The notes beneath the pieces are model-generated. The model saw only the letters and a program-made list of their open reading frames with translations, searched no databases and had not been told where the DNA came from. A stretch of 64,000 nt of DNA from positions 62,001-126,000 of the forward strand of contig NW_026855141.1 in NCBI RefSeq assembly GCF_026571515.1, written 5' to 3'. Within the stretch, counting starts at the first letter, position 1. Every line of letters begins with the position of its first letter. Position numbers and translations under genes: made by a program. Source of the stretch: Ruditapes philippinarum. Lineage: Eukaryota. Below are positions 50,714 through 64,000 of this stretch, in pieces.

Positions 50714-53700
50714 TCACATTTTTACAAGCATCGGTGCCACCAATGAATCTGCTTTCTCTTTACCCTGTATGGCTTCGACAATTTCAAGCGATGAAGCAGG
50801 TCCAGGGCCCCGACTTTTCAACTTCCCCCCTGTACTCCGATCTCTAGTACTTGTAAACTCTTAAAAAATTTCATATTAAATTTTATAGATACCTTCTAAA
50901 GAAAAAGTTTTTAAAACAAAAAAAAATGTTTCTTAAAGGGACTACTCTGAGGTTTTTGATATGACAGGATTGAAAATAATTTTTCGAGATTATGTCTTTC
51001 TGTTTCATGTGCCCAAGATGGTTTATGTACCATCAAACAAATGTATATCTGTAGAAACCTGTGCTAAGATAAATCAATTTTTAGGTAAGAATATGTCAGT
51101 CCCTAAATGAGGCTGATTTTTTTAATCTTGAAAAACAACAACAACAAGGGTGCCATAGTCACAAAATACACCCGTTTACGAAAGCTTTAGATGGAGATGG
51201 GGGCATTATGGATAAGTGTTATCTAGCAAGCAAGTTTTTATCCTTGGCACTGTGTTGTTAAATGAACCTTAAAACAAATCAGTAGGGAAGATAAAAAGTA
51301 CATGTAATTGTAATTTAATAACTAAAAAATTCTGATTTAAGATTTTATTCTAGGGAAATACATTTCATTACAATTCTTAATCTTTGAATGAGCTGAACTG
51401 ATATTTACTTGAAAATTAAAATATAATTAAATTTCTATGAGAAAGTATTTACATTTGATAAGGTAATTACTGTATGATCTTTATGAACAAATACCAAGTC
51501 TACAGAACACCATAGTTATCACAGTTAAGAATCTTGACCAATGAATGAAACATGTGTAAATAAATGTTACATTCTTTAGAACATACTCAAGTCCAAGAAA
51601 GAGGATTATTTTATGCCCTTTGATTAAATTCTATTTTTAGAATTGAAAGTGAAAGTAGATCAAGGGGAGTAATTGTGTAAGTCATTTATGAACAAAGTAA
51701 TAACTTTGTTGTTGCCCTTTGATTAAATTCTATTTACAAAATCTGGATATTTCATCATCTTTAGTGACCTTGACCTTGTATATATTGACCTAAATTATAT
51801 GTATCACAGCCATAGTCTTGATAATGACCATTTGTGTTACAATCCCTCAATAAACAAGCATTTGATAGTATTGCGGGCAATACAGTAGTCCCCTACCGGT
51901 CCCTCAAAAAGTTCTTTAATTGTCATACACTCCTGTGTATTGCCATTTATAATGAATTTGAGGATGAAGTCTGTATTTGAAAATATCGACCACAAAACAT
52001 AATAAAATAAGTTTGTTTATATCACAGTAATGTGTTAAGTTTCCATGCTTAGTAAGGAAATTATGTTTATACAACCTTGTCATATTATTACGATGTGGGA
52101 TTTTAAAGTAAATCCTATAAGGAATGAAGAAGTTGGAGTGAAAATACCAGTTTCTCGAAAAAAATCTAAGTTCAAGGGGGACATAATTCTGGAAATAGTC
52201 TTGCTAGAGTATTTAACCTTCTCAAAAATGTCGAGTGATAATAAGAAACATATATATGAAGTTTGAAGTAGATACATTAGGAAATAAAGAAGTTATTTAA
52301 AAAAGACAACATTTTTTCCCCTAAAAAATCTAAGTTCAAGGGAGGTAATATTAATATTTTTTGTGCTAGAGTTATAAAACCTTGTCACATATGATGTGGT
52401 TGATGACCAGGAACTTATATATTTAAAGTTTGAAGTAAACACCTTAAGAAATAAAGAACATATAGTGAAAAAAGCTGAAAAATTTAAATCAGAAATCTTG
52501 AAATTCAGGCTATTTGTTGCCATAGCAACCAGAATTTTCAACATAGGAAGAAAATAAAAAGATGTGCATAATCTCCAGACTGCCATCTACCCATATTTCA
52601 AGTTTCATAAAAATATTTTCAGTACTTTTTGAGTTATCACTGGATCCAGTTTATGTGTTAAATTTGCCATATTTTCAGACTATTTGTTGCCATAGCAACC
52701 AGAATTTTCAACATAGGAAGAAAAAAAAAAGACGTGCATAATCTCCATACTGCCATCTATCCATATATCAAGTTTCATAAAAATATTTTCAGTACTTTTT
52801 GCGTTATCGCGGGATCCAGTTTTGTGGACGGACGGACTGACGGACTGACAGACTGACAGACAGACAGACGGACAGACAGACGGACAGACAGACAGACGGA
52901 CAGACGGACGGAGGGTAAACCTAAAGTCCCCTCCGGTTAAACCGGTAGGGGACTAATGATGACTAAATGGTCCATATACACATCTTCATATTTTTATCTG
53001 AACTTTGACCTCTATGTGTGACCTTGACCTTGGCCGCAAGGACCTGAATCTTGCACGCGACACTCCGCCTCACAATGGTGAACATTTGTGCCAAGTAATA
53101 TTGAAATCCCTCTATACATGTGGAAGTTTTGCTCTGACAAGCATTTTTCAATGACCTCTAAGTGTGACCTTGACCTTTGACCTAGAGACCTTGTTCATGT
53201 GCGAAGCTAAGCTTCTGATAGTGGTTAAAATTTCTATGAAGTTTCATTAAAATCCCTCCATACATGTAGGAGATATGCTCCAGACAAAATTGGACGCCGC
53301 CCGCCCGCCAGGGGCGTTCCCATAATACGTCCCGTTTTTCAAACGGGCGTATAAAAAGAATGAAAAACAACAACAAAACAAAGAGTTACCGTTGTCTTAG
53401 AGGTAATGTACTTACCTAACTTATCTTTCACACTAGGATGAGATGTTACATTCTTTCCACTGCCCACTTTGTGACTGGCCAGAGCAATTGGAGCTGAAAG
53501 AAAACATATACAATGTACAATTTTTATATTTTTGGGGGAATTTTATTTTTCATGTAATACATGTATTTTAAAATCAAAGGGCTCACCATGGTAGAACCAT
53601 AAACTTATATTATGAATCAATCAAAGAGTTATGAAAAGCTAAACTCATACAAGTACTAACAATAAGCCTACAAGTTAAGGGCAATGCCAACCTTTATGTC

Positions 53701-56700
53701 AGACCATAATTCCATACTGTTGGCTGCTTTGGATATTCAAATACGGTATTTATCTTTGTTTGAAATAATATACTGTAATACATGTATAGGAATCATGTTT
53801 TTTGTGGTTATTTTTTGGTATTATGTCACACCAACACATTATAGGTCATATGGCAACCTTCCAGCATTACTGTTGGAGGAAGAGCATAGGTGCCCTTCTG
53901 TGAATTATTTCAAGCACAAACAGGCACTTGAGTACAACCACCAACGTTCCATAAGTTAGTTGGATATGAAAGAATAAAAAGTCTGTGTCGGAATCTGAAC
54001 CCACAGCAGTGATGGGTAAGTGGTTTGAAGGCAATTACCATAACTATTTGGCCAACTTCAAATACCGCCATGTTCATTATTCATATTAAGCATGATAACA
54101 GTTACCCATTATTTAAACCTATGATATATTACCTGCACATACTGCTGCTATCACTCTGCCACCTTTCTCCTGATCCTGTAGAATCTCTCCAACTTCTTTT
54201 GACTGAAATAAAATAAACTTATGTTATAAATACATCAAGTGTTATTTCTTTTGTCCTGTCCTCAAATCAACTAATTCTAAAACCATGTCCAAACAAATAT
54301 TAAATACAAATAGGAGCAGTGCATGCGCTGTAAACCACTATCAATAAATATTGTAAGTTTAAAAGGGGCAGAACTCCTAAATATATTTGCCTTCAGGATA
54401 ATGTCCCTTGTTTTACAACTGCTTTGTCATGATGATCAAGCATTACAAGTTTCAAGTTTATAGCTATAATAGTTTTGAAATCATCTTTAATACCAATAAA
54501 AAGAGTCAAAAAGGGGAATAACTCAAAAAATAAAGCTTTCAGAATAATGCCCCTTGTCTAACAACTGACTTTTTTCACATTAAACATTGAGAAATGTGCT
54601 ACAGTAAAGTTTTTGCTAACCCTGCCACCACAGCAATAGTAATTATAGCTCCACTTTTTCTTCGAAAGAGAGGAGTTTTATATAATAACTTTGCCAAATT
54701 TTTTAAAAATATTTTTAGGAATAATTCAATTGACATACCATAATGATATGGAACATTATGTCTCAGAAATTGAAATATATTATAAATTCAACTCAACAAG
54801 GCAGCGAAGAAATGAGCATAATCAAAAGTAGGGTAGGAAAAAAACAATATAGAAGATTAAAAATCATATTAATAAAAGATCCTGTATGTTGTAATTAAGG
54901 ATGTAACATACAGTTAAGTGAAGTTTTATATAATTATGTATATAATTATTCTTCTAAAACAATTTCCAAACATCCAAGAATATGTTAAATATGTACAGCA
55001 AATGTTTATATACAAATTTACATTATAATTAAACATTAGAATAAAAATTAATGCATTCATTTCTTACTGAAGACTTCATCGAAAATAAATAACTAATTAC
55101 CTCCCTTAACTTACATGAAATATTAAATCCGGTAATATCTTTACAAATAATGCTTTTTGAAACTTACAATATTGATAAATCTTCATTTGAGCATCAGATT
55201 TATGAAATAAATCCATTAAAAACTTATTCTCACCGCAGCTAAATTTTTCGCTCCATTTGCTCCACCAGGACAAACAACGACATCATAGGGTCCTTGTTTA
55301 ACAGCATCAGAGAGGGCCGCATCAGGTACTATTTTCACATTACGGCTGCACAATACAGGATCACTATTCATTAAACCAGCAAGCGTTACATCTATCTGTA
55401 AACAAAATACATGATGTAAATAAATAATTTGTTATGAAAAATGACTACATCTGATATTTAGATTTTTTTCTAAAAAATTTAATGCAGTGCTTTTTTTCAT
55501 ACTTTTAGATGAATGGTGGCAAGGTCTATGTAGAGAGGAAAATTGCATTGCTAAGGGAAAAAGTGGAAATCTAAAAACAGATGAATCAGTTCATTTAATG
55601 CATACATGCCATAACGTCCCCGATGTCCAGGAAAGTCCCAGAAATAAGGATTAATTGTTTACCCCCTGTGGCTTCCTGAGCGAAGGTGCCATACATCATT
55701 AACAAATGGCCAGTATAAATTTAATCCGCCTGCAGGCAGTTATTAGTGGTCAAACAACATGAATATTACCGCTATATATATGAGGTGATGAAATCTACAG
55801 GATTTAGCAAATGACATGGCTAATTGTCCTTACTTAAAATAGCTTTATTCTATCCTGTGACTGATTGAATTTAGGATGCCTAAATACTTAAAAAAAGATA
55901 GAAAAACTGTCAATAATTATTGACATTTTGTCTTGTTTATGTTGTCATTAAATTTGCAAGTTGTAATTACCCGTAATATAGGTTGTATGCCACTATGTAA
56001 ATTTAAAAAAAAATGATCAATGCCCTCCAAATGAAAAGTGTCCCATAAATGAGTCTAAAAATTAGGGCATGTATGATTTTATGTTAATTCTAATATAATA
56101 TCATCATCATACTTTTTTTTTAAAAGGGAATTTTATCAGAAATAGGGGAAACAAAAAATATTTTGGAGATGGGATTTGGGCCAAATATTGGTCACAAATT
56201 GGCCTAGAAAGAATGCAATGATTTATTTAAATGGACATAAAATAGTTGATATGATATGAAAGACAGTCTAGTTAAGTATATTGTGTTTTTACACATAGAA
56301 AATTGAGTGTCCAGTCCGACCTAGCAAAAATGTGATATTTGGTTTGTTGTTCAAAAAAGTGGGAAGAATTATGTTATTGTCAACATCTAGTGATGTCATT
56401 TAGCTGCAATTTAGTGGCATTCTGCTGATTTGGCGTGTTCAACCCCTGGGCTAATTATATCCCAACACTGAGCAGATAGGCGGGGCATTCCGATAACAAT
56501 CTTTTCGGATTAGAATTGAGCTCGAATAGCAGGCCCAAGGGCCTGCTTCCAAAGTGACCTTTATGGTATAAACGCAAGTACCTGCTAGATAGTGATGGTT
56601 TTCAAAACTTTCATCGGAAGTATGAAATTGACACATATCTTGACACCGCAACTTTTTCGAATTACAAGATAAGGACAAAACCCGAGGAATTCTGATTGCT

Positions 56701-57162
56701 ATGAAAACAGATGCGTAGACTGGTTTCCTGCACACTTCTATGGGAACAATAACAGGACAGGGAACAAGAATAAACGGAAGCAGTGTATAAAATAGCGAAT
56801 GACAGTTTTAAAATAAAATAAAAATTTAGGAACGTTTATTTTGAGGCTTTGCCTTTTTCATAATAATTGGCGAGTGTTCCGAGTAAAAACCGATGTAGTG
56901 CATGAAATACCGAATGACTCCTTTGAAACGGAGAAATGAATGCTTTATAATCGACTTCACAGTTCATGGCTTTGCCTTATTTCATATTATTGAACTATCA
57001 AGGGAGACAACACATTTTTAACTAAATCAGTTTTACATCAAGGGAAGTAACTATAGTCTGAGAAAAGGTGACATTTACCCCTCCCCTTCTGAGAACATCA
57101 ACGGCGATGACAGTCTCCATTTCCTCCGCTCCTTCAGATAAGATAACCAAAGCTTTCGGCAT
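50714..57162 (-). CDS. PARK7: DJ-1/PARK7 (ThiJ/PfpI family glyoxalase/deglycase), 5 coding exons
   Basis: Exons 57162-57079 ([28 protein letters not shown]), 55395-55234 (..[21 protein letters not shown]..), 54202-54133 (..IAAVCA), 53493-53416 ([19 protein letters not shown]), 50859-50714 (..[27 protein letters not shown]). The Glu18 and Cys106 equivalents are present. Confidence 0.93.
51853..52956 (+). mobile_element. Helentron/pearl-type non-autonomous element in DJ-1 intron
   Basis: Subterminal inverted repeat AGTCCCCTACCGGT / ACCGGTAGGGGACT, internal ~150-170 bp duplicated units, long GACG/GACA microsatellite, 3' hairpin. Confidence 0.8.
52975..53355 (+). mobile_element. 3' fragment of another Helentron/pearl-type element
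   Basis: TGACCTTGACCTT units, CGCC microsatellite, hairpin ATACGTCCCGTTT..AAACGGGCGTAT. Confidence 0.65.
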
Positions 57163-57644
57163 GATTCTACACTGCTCGTGAAACTGCTTAAAACCGTGCC
57201 GTTTGACTGCTGTAATTGTTCGATAAACAAACCGCATGAAACCGGAAGTAGAATTAATTTTTAAAAAGTCTTCAAACCAAAATTTATTTAATAACTTATT
57301 TTTTATTTCGGCATATATTTTCCAGTTTCAAATAAATATGAATGATTTATTGAAAATTATCTCAGAGAAATGAAATTATTGCAGTAAATATTGAAAATAA
57401 ATAAAGAAATATTTTCAAATGTAGTCTCTAGGTTAGAGATTATGGTTGTTTGGGGTTGTTATGCCGAAACCTGTCAAATGTGGAAACTGATAGTTTTGAT
57501 GACAATTGACAAGTTCATCACCATTGTTTAAATTTACATGTGTTTTTGAATATGATATGAATAAGTGTTGAAATTGTGTTATCGGAAAACGTTGTAAATA
57601 ATTGCAAGTTAGTCAAATCTGTGTTCGATTTTCCAATTAATCAG
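57163..57644. promoter_or_regulatory. Probable bidirectional promoter (DJ-1 / FHAD1-like) with ETS motif ACCGGAAGT at 57241-57249
   Basis: Two divergent start codons ~530 bp apart, with an ETS/GABP-type motif between them. Confidence 0.5.
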
Positions 57645-57694
57645 TTTTTCACGGGCACCTGTTGTTTTTAATTGGCATGTGGTAAATCAACATC

Positions 57695-57802
57695 ATGAGC
57701 CGGAATTCAAAAGCATTTCTGAAAGGAAACGATGGGAATTACTATCCATTGGCACCTAAAGTTACAACTATAGGAAAAGATGGATGTGACATACTTTTAC
57801 AG
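57695..57802 (+). CDS. First coding exon of an FHA-domain gene, FHAD1-like (partial; later exons not found in the window)
   Basis: MSRNSKAFLKGNDGNYYPLAPKVTTIGKDGCDILLQ|GTGAAT resembles the FHAD1 N-terminus (KAYLK...TTIGR...DLVLQ); a splice acceptor lies at 57644. Confidence 0.7.
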
Positions 57803-58311
57803 GTGAATATTTGATATATTTTGTATCTAAGCATAATTCTTTTAACCATTAAAAATCATGTGCCATTGTGAATGCATGTCTGAAGCTGTTCACTCAATTC
57901 ATTAACTGCTTTTACAAGTTTCAAATGCACTTTAAGCTAGAAGATAAGATACTTTGCTGTTTTTACTGTACCAAAAAGGAGTGTGAATTTGTAAATTATT
58001 GGACAGATTTAGTAATTTCTTAATGCACTGTCAAGTATTTAGCCTGATTTCCCAATCCCTGTAGAATAGCAGGGAACATTTAAAATGTAGAGCCAACAAA
58101 GCTCTAGCGTGCCATGTGCAGGATAATTAGATTTATGAAATGACTGCCAATACACCCTCTCTCCTACGCCACCTCCCTACTCTTTTTAAGGTTCACATAA
58201 AAGTACCTACATGTATTTACCAGTGACAGAAAAGGCAAAAAGAGGTTCTTCGTTTCAATGACTGGTTCATATATTGTTATAACATTCAGATATGTTTTAT
58301 TTGATAGGCAA

Positions 58312-58582
58312 TGCGGTGGCTCGATAGCTCAGTTGGTTAGCCCACTGATTATCACTCCTGAGGTCCTGGGTTTGATCCTGGGTTATAACCTTGGGATTTT
58401 CAGAGACACTTTCAGTGTTTCCCACCCACATTAATTTGTACCTAGAGGTGTACTGGTAAGAAATCCAGGTAATCCTCGCATGTATCAGTGCTATACACTG
58501 GGCATGTAAAAGAACCAAGGGGTCTATTCAATAAGAGCTAGGGACTGGTTCCCGGATTCCCTTGTATCTCATAGCTGTCTCT
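58312..58582 (+). mobile_element. tRNA-derived SINE (same family as 3852-4178)
   Basis: TAGCTCAGTTGG A-box; shared body (TATTCAATAAGAGCTAGGGACTGGTTCCCGGATT). Confidence 0.75.
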
Positions 58583-61491
58583 TAAAAATGTAAAAAATGT
58601 ATACCTGCTTAGAGTGATCGTAAACGATTTTAAAGCAGTAAGATGTAGAACTAGAACTAGAATATGTACAATAGTTGAAAAAAAAACAACGTAAACTGGG
58701 TCAAATGGCATTGTTGCTGTGTTAGCCCATTAACAAATGCAGAACTTTGACTGGTTCAAATTGTCAGTGCTGGAGGATTTTCTAGGTTCACAATAATACC
58801 AAATGATTTTTGTTAAGTGCAAATCTATAATTTCATACTTTATTAGGTAAATAAAAAAATAAAATAAAAAAGAGTACCAGTTCAACGTTGCACATCAGTT
58901 TTTTTTTAAGACTGGCACTCATCAACATTGTATGCCTGCTGTTGTAATATTCATGTGAAATTTCTTCTTCTATGACAATTATAAATATAATGAATATGAC
59001 AATATAATCAATATTCCTATAAATTAGCTCTTAATTGAACATTATTGTGTAATCTGAATACATTTTGATATGTCGTCATAATAGAAAGAAAGGAACTTAA
59101 TATATGGCTATTAGATCAACCTCTGATGAAATAATTAGGGATATCTTGCTGTTGGCAGTGGTATAAAACATGGATATTTAACTTGGATACTTAGTTTTTG
59201 TGTCCAGCTTAATTTAACAATAAGGTGTGAGAGTATAATTGCTTGAAATGTACTTTACACAATATAAAATGTTTTTTGGGTCACTTTTACTAAGTTAAAC
59301 CTTTTGTGAACGAAACAAAAATTTCAGTTTGAGGTATTTATTTGCCTGCAAAGTATGGTATATCTCCTATACTACTGAAAATCTTCCCCCGAAACTTCAT
59401 GCTTGTCACATCAGGGTCAGAACTGTAGGTAATCACCTCAGACCCATAACTCTAGCAATGAAATTTTACTGAGTTATCCTCTTTGAATATAAATTAACTT
59501 TGTATATACCTAAGGCATGTTGCTTTAAATTGTATGTGTATAAATAAACAACAGCAGCAAGTGACTGCATGGCCAAGTGGTTTACATGTTAGACTCAAGT
59601 AATCTAAGGATCACTATCTGAGTAACATAGGTTTAAACACTGTCAGGGGTCACAGTTGTTTCCTTGAACAAGTCACGATTCACACTCATTGCTCAGTACT
59701 GGTTGGTTCCAGGAATTGATTCAAAAATGCGTCTAAAAGGTATTTAAGAAGCTTCCTATACACAATCAAACTAAAATAAATTATGTATAATTTACCAACA
59801 ACAACAAAATCTCAATGTTTTAATATCATCATGCATGTTAATATGACAGATATCATCACAGTGTCTTACACACATTTAGATAAGTATCACATGACATTTA
59901 ATTCGCTGTAAATCTTCCTCTATCAACAGTTACCGTAATGTTTCTATCAATACCTGAATTATAAAACACTAATTACAATCTATTGATTCATGGATGTAGG
60001 ACCTGTGAATCAAGGGTACATAAACCTTGTTGGCAGCAACAGCTGTTAGTATTGGAATTCAGTGGTGTTTTTTTTGTTATTGTTACCCAAGAGTAATTAA
60101 TGTAATTAACTAGAAAGGTGATACCAATAGATGAATTATAGATTAAATCAATCAAGTGAATCTGCAGCAGCATGAATGAATACTGTCTTTGTGACTAGGA
60201 TTTGGGCAAGTCTTACCTGAATAAAAGAAAAGAAAATGTCAACTTACATACAAATCTGATCAACTGAACCTTAATTTATATACATGTAATTACCATATTT
60301 TATCAGACTTAAATAGAAAAACAGATCTGATCCCCAAAAGTTTAATAATGCGTTTTTTGTTGTTGTTTTTTTTTCAAATTAAAAGCTTTAAATTCTCTTT
60401 CAAAATGTATTCTGCATAAGAAAGACAATTTTAACTTGATGGTGACTGACCTTAAAATGTACCAGTATGTTAATATATGTATTACAAAATTTGAAATTAT
60501 ATGTGAAATGTTTGATTGTCCTTGAATATGATTCAGAAGTAAATATTTAATTGTTATTGAAAAATTGTTAAAATTTAAGATTGACAAGTATTAAATAAAA
60601 ATGATAAAAGGGCTTGTAAACATGTAAATTAAAGAAACGTTAAATGCTGCTTTATTATAATGATCCTTAACTTGGATTTTTAACCCTTACCTTGCTAAAT
60701 ATCTTAAATGTACTTGTCCATATTTTAGTCTGGATAAAACTTTTGTTCATCATTTTTAGGGAATATTTCAAAATTAATACTTACTGAATAGCTAACTTAT
60801 AACTTAGCCTTGTTTGATTTTATTCATTAGTAAACAAAGCCTTAATTAGGTTGTTCCACTTTATTCATGTAGAAATTTTACGTAAAAACAATATTTTTAA
60901 GTTGTCTTACGATGCTAGAAAAGTCCAAACAAGATTTCGATCTGTGGTGAGTTACAAAAAATAATTATAAATTATAAAAGCTTTTGAGACTGTGATTTAA
61001 TTTTCTTTGATTGCTTTTAACAATTATTTTTTTATGTTATACTTACAGGTCTGTTTCAAAATGCTTAATTTTGCTATGCGTTAATTTTGAGGTAAAATCT
61101 GTGATTTCAATTTCTCTGAAATATATGAGAACAAAATAAAGAAAACAGAATCCTTAAAAAAACGTCCAGTTTTTTAACAACAATGATCAATAAAGAAGGG
61201 TGACATTCATTTAACTCATTGTTTAATTTCATGTTAAAAAATACTGAACAAATGTTGTCATTGATAGTTTGGCTAGAATGTAGGGAGTTGTAGGCTGGCT
61301 GGACTGACACATGACATTAAAGGGACAACACTGAGGTTTTAAGTACATTATGGAACTTAATTTTTTTCTAGATTTTTACACCATTTGATCATGGTCTGTA
61401 CCAATATTTTAGATGGTTTGCTTGCTTTGTTTTTCCTGAATAATCATTTGTATTTAGGAAATAAACTTAAATATAAAAGTTTTAAAATGCT

Positions 61492-62602
61492 TTTTGTGTC
61501 GCCTTGAAAAGGTGACATATAGGGGTTACTTTTGTCGGCGGTGTCGGCGGCGGCGGCGTCTGTGTCGGCGTCGTTGTCGGCGTCGGCGTCCGCTAAAGCT
61601 TGTCCGGAGCATAACTCAGTCACTATAAGTCTGATTGACTTCAAACTTGGTATGCATGCTTCTTTCAATAACCCGAAGTGCAGTGCACAAGGACCGGTAC
61701 TCTGCAGTTCTTATTTTTTGAGTTATTGCCCTTTGTTAATTTTCATACTTTAATTTTGTCCGGGCCATTTCTCTTCAACTAAAAAAGCTATAGACTTGAA
61801 ACTTCATAGGATGATAGATCTCATTAAGAAGAAATGCAGTGCACAAGAACCAGTACTCTGCACTTCCTAATTTTTGAGTTATTGCCCTTTGTTAATTTTC
61901 ATACTTTATTTTTGTCCGGGCCATTTCTCCTAATGTATAAAAGCCATGGACTTGAAACTTCATAGGATGATAGGTCTCATTAAGAAGAAGTGCAGTGCAC
62001 AAGAACTGGTACTCTGCATTTCTTATTTTTTGAGTTATTGCCCTTTGTTTATTTTCATTTTTTAATTTTGTCCGGGCCATTTCTCCTTAAGTATAAAAGC
62101 TATGGACTTGAAACTTCATAGGATGATAGATCTCATTATTAAGAAGTGCAGTGCACAAGAATCGGTACTTTGCATTTCTTAATTTTTGAGTTATGGCCCT
62201 TTGTTAATTTTCATACTTAATTTTTGTCCAGGCCATTTCTCCGAAAGTATAAAAGTTATGGACTTGAAACTTCATAGGATGATAGATCTCATTAAAAAGA
62301 AGTGCAGTGCATAAGAACTGATACTCTGCATTTCTTATTTTTGAGTAATTGCCCTTTTTTGATTTTCTTACTTTATTTCTGTCCTGGTCATTTCTCCTCA
62401 AGTATGAAAGCTATGGACTTGAAACATCATAGAATGATAGATCTTATTGATAAGAAGTGCAGTGTACAGAAATGCTGCTCTGCACGTATTATTTTTTTAG
62501 TTATTGCCCTTTGTTATTTTTCATATTTCATTTTTGTCCTGGCCATTTCCCCTAAACTACATTGTTCACAAGGCGACACATCCGACTCGCGGAGTTCTAG
62601 TT
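61492..62602 (-). mobile_element. Helentron/pearl-type element with ~156-bp internal tandem array
   Basis: Subterminal inverted repeat TGTGTCGCCTTG / CAAGGCGACACA, (CGG/CGT) microsatellite, about six 156-bp units. Confidence 0.82.
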
Positions 62603-64000
62603 TATCTTTCAGAGTACATGTAACTAATGATTTTCAATTAAATTCCTAATATATGTTTTATTATCTGTTTCATATTTTTTCATGTTAATTAGCGCCCCAT
62701 GTGATCTATGTAGGATTTTCAAATTTTATGTTTTAAGGCTTTAGACCTTAGTTAGGAGCTCTTCAACTATTCGCTCATTCTCAATAAAACACAGCATTTG
62801 GTGTTCCACTGGGTAGCTCTTATACGAAGGAATTTCTTGAGGTCAAAATGTCGTTAGAAAGGTGGCTGCCACTTTGTCTAATAGGGACTCTCTCAGTTTT
62901 ACATTTTTATATGGTATTTTTCTTTTACAAGTACCATTAATGCCCTAAAATGTAACATACGTTACTGTCGCCACCTAGATTTTTTAACTTTGAAATTGTG
63001 TTTCAGAAAAATAAGTTCCAGAATAAACGAAACATGTGCAATTTGTCATTGCCGCGTGTATATATGCACTTCGATTATTAGTAAAAATTATATTTGATTG
63101 ATAAAACCTCATTGATATAATGGATGATCAAATGTCGCCAAACGTATATAAATAAATATTTTCAAACCTAAAACAATTGGAAGCGAAACAGAAATTACAT
63201 TATTGAATCGATGCATGCTTAATAATACAGCATATATATAATTATAAGCAAAAATAAGCTTGCAGCCTCCAAAATATCATTCTGTTTTCGGAAATTTTCA
63301 ATTTTTATTCAATTTTTTTCAACAGCATTTTAAAAAGAAACATACGTTACCATTGTTTAAGAACTGATCCATTCAAGGAAGACTCCAAACAAGAAATAAA
63401 ATTAACATGTGTGTAACTCTGATATATTAACCACAAATTATGGCGGGTTATATGCTCTTGCGTCATTTTTCAACCCAATTTCGATGTAAAAATGAAACAT
63501 ACGTTACAGAAACATACGTTACTAACTTTTTAAAATAATTTTATCCAAAGGTAAATTGAAGTCAGAAAGCACGTATAACAGCAACATTAACTTCCATTTG
63601 ACATTAGTAAGTAAATTTTGTTAACTTTGGTCGAGTTTCAACATGTTTAAGTAACCACAGTGAAACAAACGTTACTTTTATCAAACAGACTTTATATTTT
63701 TTACACATGCAAATATAAAAAACATAAAATCGCATTTTTATGACAAAAGAATGATATACATTTGATTTCTAAATAAAAAAGTCGATTTTACATGTAAATT
63801 TCAATTTTGTGATAAAGTTCATAAATAGACCAGTGTGAAACATACGTTACTCCAACTTACAATTCAACAATTTTTGAAAATTTACTGGAATTAGCATGCC
63901 TGTTAGTAACGGTAACCTTGTATTAGATGAAAGAAAATACAAAAGTGTTTTTGCAAAGGAAAGATATTTGCATAATATGTTGATGTACCAGCAGAAATGT

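Overview
AT-rich, intron-rich animal genomic DNA; the repeat families and gene content suggest a bivalve mollusc (inference). Manual splicing gives eight protein-coding units. (1) A ubiquitin-like domain fused to an atypical RBR-type E3 ligase (+, 2776-7526). (2-4) Three tandem GRHPR-family D-2-hydroxyacid dehydrogenase genes (-, 8455-10734, 14593-19266, 28362-32155), of which the middle one has lost its catalytic residues. (5) An 8-exon gene that the ORF track captures only in fragments (+, 34000-42071), encoding a ~278-aa 'mini-eIF4G' made only of the eIF4G MIF4G core. (6) A single-coding-exon 324-aa unknown protein (+, 45724-46698). (7) DJ-1/PARK7 (-, 50714-57162). (8) The first coding exon of an FHAD1-like FHA gene, head-to-head with DJ-1. 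Introns and intergenic DNA hold MITEs (Mutator-like, Sola-like, TTAA-flanked), Helentron/pearl-type elements with internal satellites, tRNA-derived SINEs, minisatellites and one 182-N gap. The strongest leads are the stand-alone eIF4G-core gene, the GRHPR pseudoenzyme, and the UBL-RBR ligase with a kB site upstream and an IRF-motif-like intronic array. All homology calls come from recalled family motifs, not database searches.
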